A DNA stretch of 64,000 nucleotides from Deltaproteobacteria bacterium. GTDB taxonomy: Bacteria > Myxococcota > XYA12-FULL-58-9 > JAFGEK01. The number at the start of each line of letters is the position of its first letter. Within the stretch, counting starts at the first letter, position 1. Location of the stretch: contig JAFGEK010000079.1 in NCBI GenBank assembly GCA_016931625.1, forward strand, positions 258-64,257. The letters run 5' to 3'. Position numbers and translations under genes: made by a program. Shown in pieces: positions 60,171 to 64,000 of this stretch. The notes beneath the pieces are model-generated. The model had not been told where the DNA came from, ran no database searches, and saw only the letters and a list, made by a program, of their open reading frames with translations.

Positions 60171-61724
60171 ATGTTTGTAATATGGGTTTTAAAATTACAG
60201 GTACATGAAATGCTTACAATTTTAAAAATAGGATTAATTGTTACTATATTCATTGGAAATATAAATATGGTATACGCCAGCCCAAGGTTATCGATAGGCA
60301 AAAAATTTGGCTGCATTATTAAAGAAGGGCAGGTAATATGTTTTGGTGATCATGGATATAGTGTTACCCCAAAAAATTCATCAGTATATATTCCTAAACT
60401 TAGTAATGTAAAACAGATATCTGTCGGTAGAGATCATGCATGCGCAATAACAAATAAAAAAAGGGTATGGTGTTGGGGTGATACGGATTATGGTTTTCTA
60501 GGAGATAATAAAGACAGGAAAAATGAGCAACGACAAATACCAGTGGCTGTCTGGAAAATTAATAACGCGGTTAGTATAGCTTGTGGCGATTCATTTAGTT
60601 GTGCGCTACATCAAAATGGTGAGGTATCTTGTTGGGGCCTTGGCATTGGCGGGATTTTAGGTACAGAAAAACGTTATAGTATAAAGCCGATAAAAATAAA
60701 GGGTTTAAAAAACATTAAAAAAATTGTAGCTGCAGATCAGTTTGCCTGTGCTATTGATCAAACAAAAAAAGCTTATTGTTGGGGTACAAATAAATCAGAT
60801 TTATTTGCAATACCTAACAGTAGATCATATCAGCGTTATTATAAACCCGTAAAAATATTGCTTGAAGATTTATCACAGCTTGCCTTTGGCGAAGAACATG
60901 CATGTGCACTTAAAACCAACGGAGGGATATGGTGTTGGGGTGAGAATGTTTATGGTCAAGTTGGAGTAGAAACACCTAAGACGATTATTAAACCTTTTCG
61001 TCTTGATAACCTAAAGGCAAGTTTTATCACTTTAGGTTTTGCGCATACATGCATATTACAAAAAGATGGTAGGGCCGCCTGTTGGGGACTAAATGATCAT
61101 GGTGAGTTATCACAAGATGAGAATAGTTTCGAGCATTCGGTAAAACCGATAATGATTGAAAATGAACAAGCAATAGTTGATATTACGGCGGTAGAAGAAT
61201 TTACCTGTATATTACAAGAAGATAGTAATATTAAATGTTGGGGTAAAGTTGATAGATTATTGGTTGATAATCAAGCCAGACAAAAAAATAATAAATTAAA
61301 TATAAATATCGCTCATGCAGCAAAAGTAAAAACAATAAATAATGGTAAAAAAATATTTTTTAGTTCTAAAGACCCAACCTCAGATGTAGCTTCAAATCTT
61401 AGTAATATACAAGTTGGTAATGGTGTTGGCGGGATTAAAGGATATCCTGTTAAAGGAGCAATTAGTACCGTTTCATTAGAGATGCATTGCCAGACGAATG
61501 CTAAAAAAGTAAAGATAGGCGAAGAATTATCGTTAGCAGTTTTAAATTTACCTGAAGATGTATTAGTACAAATTGGTGAGACTAAAGCGAAGATTTTACA
61601 AAAAAAATTAAAACAATTAGTAGTGATAGTACCACCACCAAAGTTTGGGGTTGGTAAGAAGAAAATTATATTGAGTTTGCCTGATCGTATAGTTATGTGC
61701 GGTGAAATAATAATTACAGAATGA
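60171..61724 (+). CDS. Secreted RCC1-repeat protein
   Basis: Repeated G..HAC...CWG.N..G.LG. Confidence 0.82.
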   Translation: MFVIWVLKLQVHEMLTILKIGLIVTIFIGNINMVYASPRLSIGKKFGCIIKEGQVICFGDHGYSVTPKNSSVYIPKLSNVKQISVGRDHACAITNKKRVWCWGDTDYGFLGDNKDRKNEQRQIPVAVWKINNAVSIACGDSFSCALHQNGEVSCWGLGIGGILGTEKRYSIKPIKIKGLKNIKKIVAADQFACAIDQTKKAYCWGTNKSDLFAIPNSRSYQRYYKPVKILLEDLSQLAFGEEHACALKTNGGIWCWGENVYGQVGVETPKTIIKPFRLDNLKASFITLGFAHTCILQKDGRAACWGLNDHGELSQDENSFEHSVKPIMIENEQAIVDITAVEEFTCILQEDSNIKCWGKVDRLLVDNQARQKNNKLNINIAHAAKVKTINNGKKIFFSSKDPTSDVASNLSNIQVGNGVGGIKGYPVKGAISTVSLEMHCQTNAKKVKIGEELSLAVLNLPEDVLVQIGETKAKILQKKLKQLVVIVPPPKFGVGKKKIILSLPDRIVMCGEIIITE

Positions 61725-61762
61725 AAAAATAGTATTTAAATATATAAGAAAAGAGAATTCTT

Positions 61763-62704
61763 ATGATTGTATCAGTAAAAAATCTGACTTTTGATTACCC
61801 AGGGACACGGGCTTTAGATGATGTTTCGTTTGAACTCGTACCGCAAAGTATTACGGCTTTAGTCGGTCCGAATGGTGCCGGTAAAACAACATTATTACGT
61901 TGTTTGGCAGCATTAGAAGAACCAATGACTGGTGAGATTGTAATTAATGGTATAGATACGATTGCAAAGCCGCGTTTATGTCATAGCCAAGTCGGCTATC
62001 TTTCTGATTTTTTTGGTCTCTATGATGAACTCACCGTTTATCATTGTTTGCAACACGCCGCAGCGATGCGGGGTTTTAAAGGTCAAAAAGTTTATGATTA
62101 TACTCATAAGACTGCGGCACGATTAGATTTAACCGATAAACTCACCAAACATGCCAGCGAATTATCTCGTGGCTGGCGACAACGCCTTGCTATTGCACAG
62201 GCGATAATACATGATCCAAAAATATTGTTGCTTGATGAACCAGCATCTGGTCTTGATCCCGAAGCTAGGCATTCTCTCGCAACATTATTTTTAGAGCTTA
62301 AAGATAGCGGGATGACACTTTTAGTTTCTTCGCATATTCTCGCAGAGTTAGAAGAATACTCAACCAATATGTTGGTTTTGCGTGAAGGTAAAATAACTGA
62401 TTGTAGCCAAACTAATTTTATTTCGAATAAATCTGAAAATATTGCAGCCTGTGTGATAAATTTGGTGCAACCAATTAATGATTTAGAACAGCAACTCAGT
62501 AGCATTGATGGACTAAGTGATATTAGTTGTAAAGAATTATCAGCACGTTTTTTATATACCAATGATGCTGAAGCTCAGCATAAGTTATTGCGTCAATTAA
62601 TTGAACGCGACTTGCCAATTTGCGGTTTTATGATTGAAAAACGTAGCATGCAAGATGTGTATCTATCAATTAAAGATAAGCACGATAAGGAGTACAGCAA
62701 GTGA
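61763..62704 (+). CDS. ABC-2 transporter ATP-binding protein
   Basis: GPNGAGKTT, LSRGWRQR, LLLDEP, SSH. Confidence 0.92.
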   Translation: MIVSVKNLTFDYPGTRALDDVSFELVPQSITALVGPNGAGKTTLLRCLAALEEPMTGEIVINGIDTIAKPRLCHSQVGYLSDFFGLYDELTVYHCLQHAAAMRGFKGQKVYDYTHKTAARLDLTDKLTKHASELSRGWRQRLAIAQAIIHDPKILLLDEPASGLDPEARHSLATLFLELKDSGMTLLVSSHILAELEEYSTNMLVLREGKITDCSQTNFISNKSENIAACVINLVQPINDLEQQLSSIDGLSDISCKELSARFLYTNDAEAQHKLLRQLIERDLPICGFMIEKRSMQDVYLSIKDKHDKEYSK

Positions 62705-64000
62705 TTATTAACCCTGAATTACGGCGTAATCTCTGGCTTGAAATAACCCATACTCGTCTAATAGTCATGCCGATTGTACTTGGTTCGATTTTTGCATTAC
62801 TCTACCTTGCAAGTGCAGATGCAGATTTAATAGGTTCAATAACTATAGTTATTTATATTGCGCTGACCTTTTTTTGGGGAGCAAGATTAGCTAGTGAATC
62901 AATTTTTGCCGAAGTTCGCGAGCGTACTTGGGACGCCCAACGCCTATCTTCAATTAGCCCGTGGACTATGACTTGGGGTAAATTATTCGGTAGTACAGCA
63001 TATGCTTGGTATGGCGGTGTTTTTTGTCTGGCAGTTTTCATTTGGCAAGTACGTTTTGATAATGATTGGTATAAGACAGTATTGATTTTGATACTTGGTG
63101 CATTGTTAGTGCAAACACTTGCATTATTTTCTAGCATGCACATGATTATAAAAAGTAAAGTAATTTCACGTTCACAATCTGCGGCTGTCCCTCTTTTAGC
63201 TATAGCAGCTATGATTCCATTTTTAATTATTGGTGTATCTACTAAGGTAACTAATTTTACTTTTTTTCAATATTCGTTTGCGTCTATTGATTTCAGTTTA
63301 GCATCGCTTATCGCATTTTTAATATGGGCACTTTGGGGAGTTGAAAGGCTAATGCGTGCTGAGCTGAAATATCGTAAAATGCCTATCGCATGGGCGGGCT
63401 TTTTATTGTTTTTAATAGCGTATATTGCAGGGTTTGATTTTTCAGAAGCAATTAATGATTTCAATAAAAATTTAAGTACTCTCTCATCTTGGTTAATTGC
63501 ATTTTTAACTGGTATAGGTATTACTTGGCTTACCATACTCGCTGAAAAGAAAGACCCTATTGCTTGGCAACGTCTGTGGCAAAGAGTTAAAGAGCATAAT
63601 TACCGCCGGGCCATTGAAAGTTTACCGGCATGGAGCATTTCGTTATTTGTTGCGATATTTGCCGCGATTATATTATCAATACTATTGCTTTCAATGACAA
63701 TCATTGATAATACGCCACTAATAATCATAAATTTAGTACTATTTCTTTGTCGTGATGTTGCCTTAGTAATTTGGCTAAATTTATCAGAAAATCAACGCCG
63801 CGCTGATGTTTTTGCGGTTATTTGGTTGTTGCTTATTTATACAATATTCCCGATGTTATTTAAAACTATAGGGTTAACCGCGGTTGCTGCTTGTTTTCGC
63901 GTTGAAACTACTGATTATGCTTTGGTGAGTATGTTCGCTGCATTGCTTGAGTGTATCGCTTTGGGGTATCTTATCAATAGACGTTGGCAGCGCTGGAAAA
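62701..64000 (+). CDS. ABC-2-type permease, runs off the window (missing from the ORF track)
   Basis: GTGA overlap with the ATPase stop. MIINPELRRNLWLE...EVRERTWD...GKLFG. Hydrophobic. Confidence 0.82.
   Translation, partial: MIINPELRRNLWLEITHTRLIVMPIVLGSIFALLYLASADADLIGSITIVIYIALTFFWGARLASESIFAEVRERTWDAQRLSSISPWTMTWGKLFGSTAYAWYGGVFCLAVFIWQVRFDNDWYKTVLILILGALLVQTLALFSSMHMIIKSKVISRSQSAAVPLLAIAAMIPFLIIGVSTKVTNFTFFQYSFASIDFSLASLIAFLIWALWGVERLMRAELKYRKMPIAWAGFLLFLIAYIAGFDFSEAINDFNKNLSTLSSWLIAFLTGIGITWLTILAEKKDPIAWQRLWQRVKEHNYRRAIESLPAWSISLFVAIFAAIILSILLLSMTIIDNTPLIIINLVLFLCRDVALVIWLNLSENQRRADVFAVIWLLLIYTIFPMLFKTIGLTAVAACFRVETTDYALVSMFAALLECIALGYLINRRWQRWK

Overview
AT-rich bacterial chromosomal DNA. 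The rimP-nusA-ylxR-infB-DUF503 operon, GT9 heptosyltransferase and Cys-rich RCC1/Kazal lipoproteins suggest an uncultured Myxococcota/deltaproteobacterial lineage (inference). The main finding is a tightly coupled 9-gene minus-strand biosynthetic cluster (16386-26847, with metY just upstream). It combines a PltE/PltF/PltL-type proline-to-pyrrolyl-carrier cassette, a second ACP, a B12-dependent radical SAM enzyme, a type II KS/chain-length-factor pair and an ATP-activated 2-hydroxyacyl-CoA-dehydratase (HgdABC-like) radical system. I see no ketoreductase, FabZ-type dehydratase or thioesterase in it. Other features: a 4.7-kb Fic / MNT-HEPN / DUF2326 island bracketed by a 91-bp duplication of an RCC1 gene's 3' end; a roughly 29-47 kb tract rich in truncated or internally deleted gene remnants; a dispersed TAGGGACACNCCCTRA motif forming a 217-bp MITE-like element; and a perfect 40-bp palindrome. 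Housekeeping genes include treZ, comM, rsmB-like, murI, hsp20 x2, rutE-like and copZ/copA. I recognised no rRNA, tRNA, CRISPR array, integrase or transposase. All family calls come from motifs read by eye, not from database searches.
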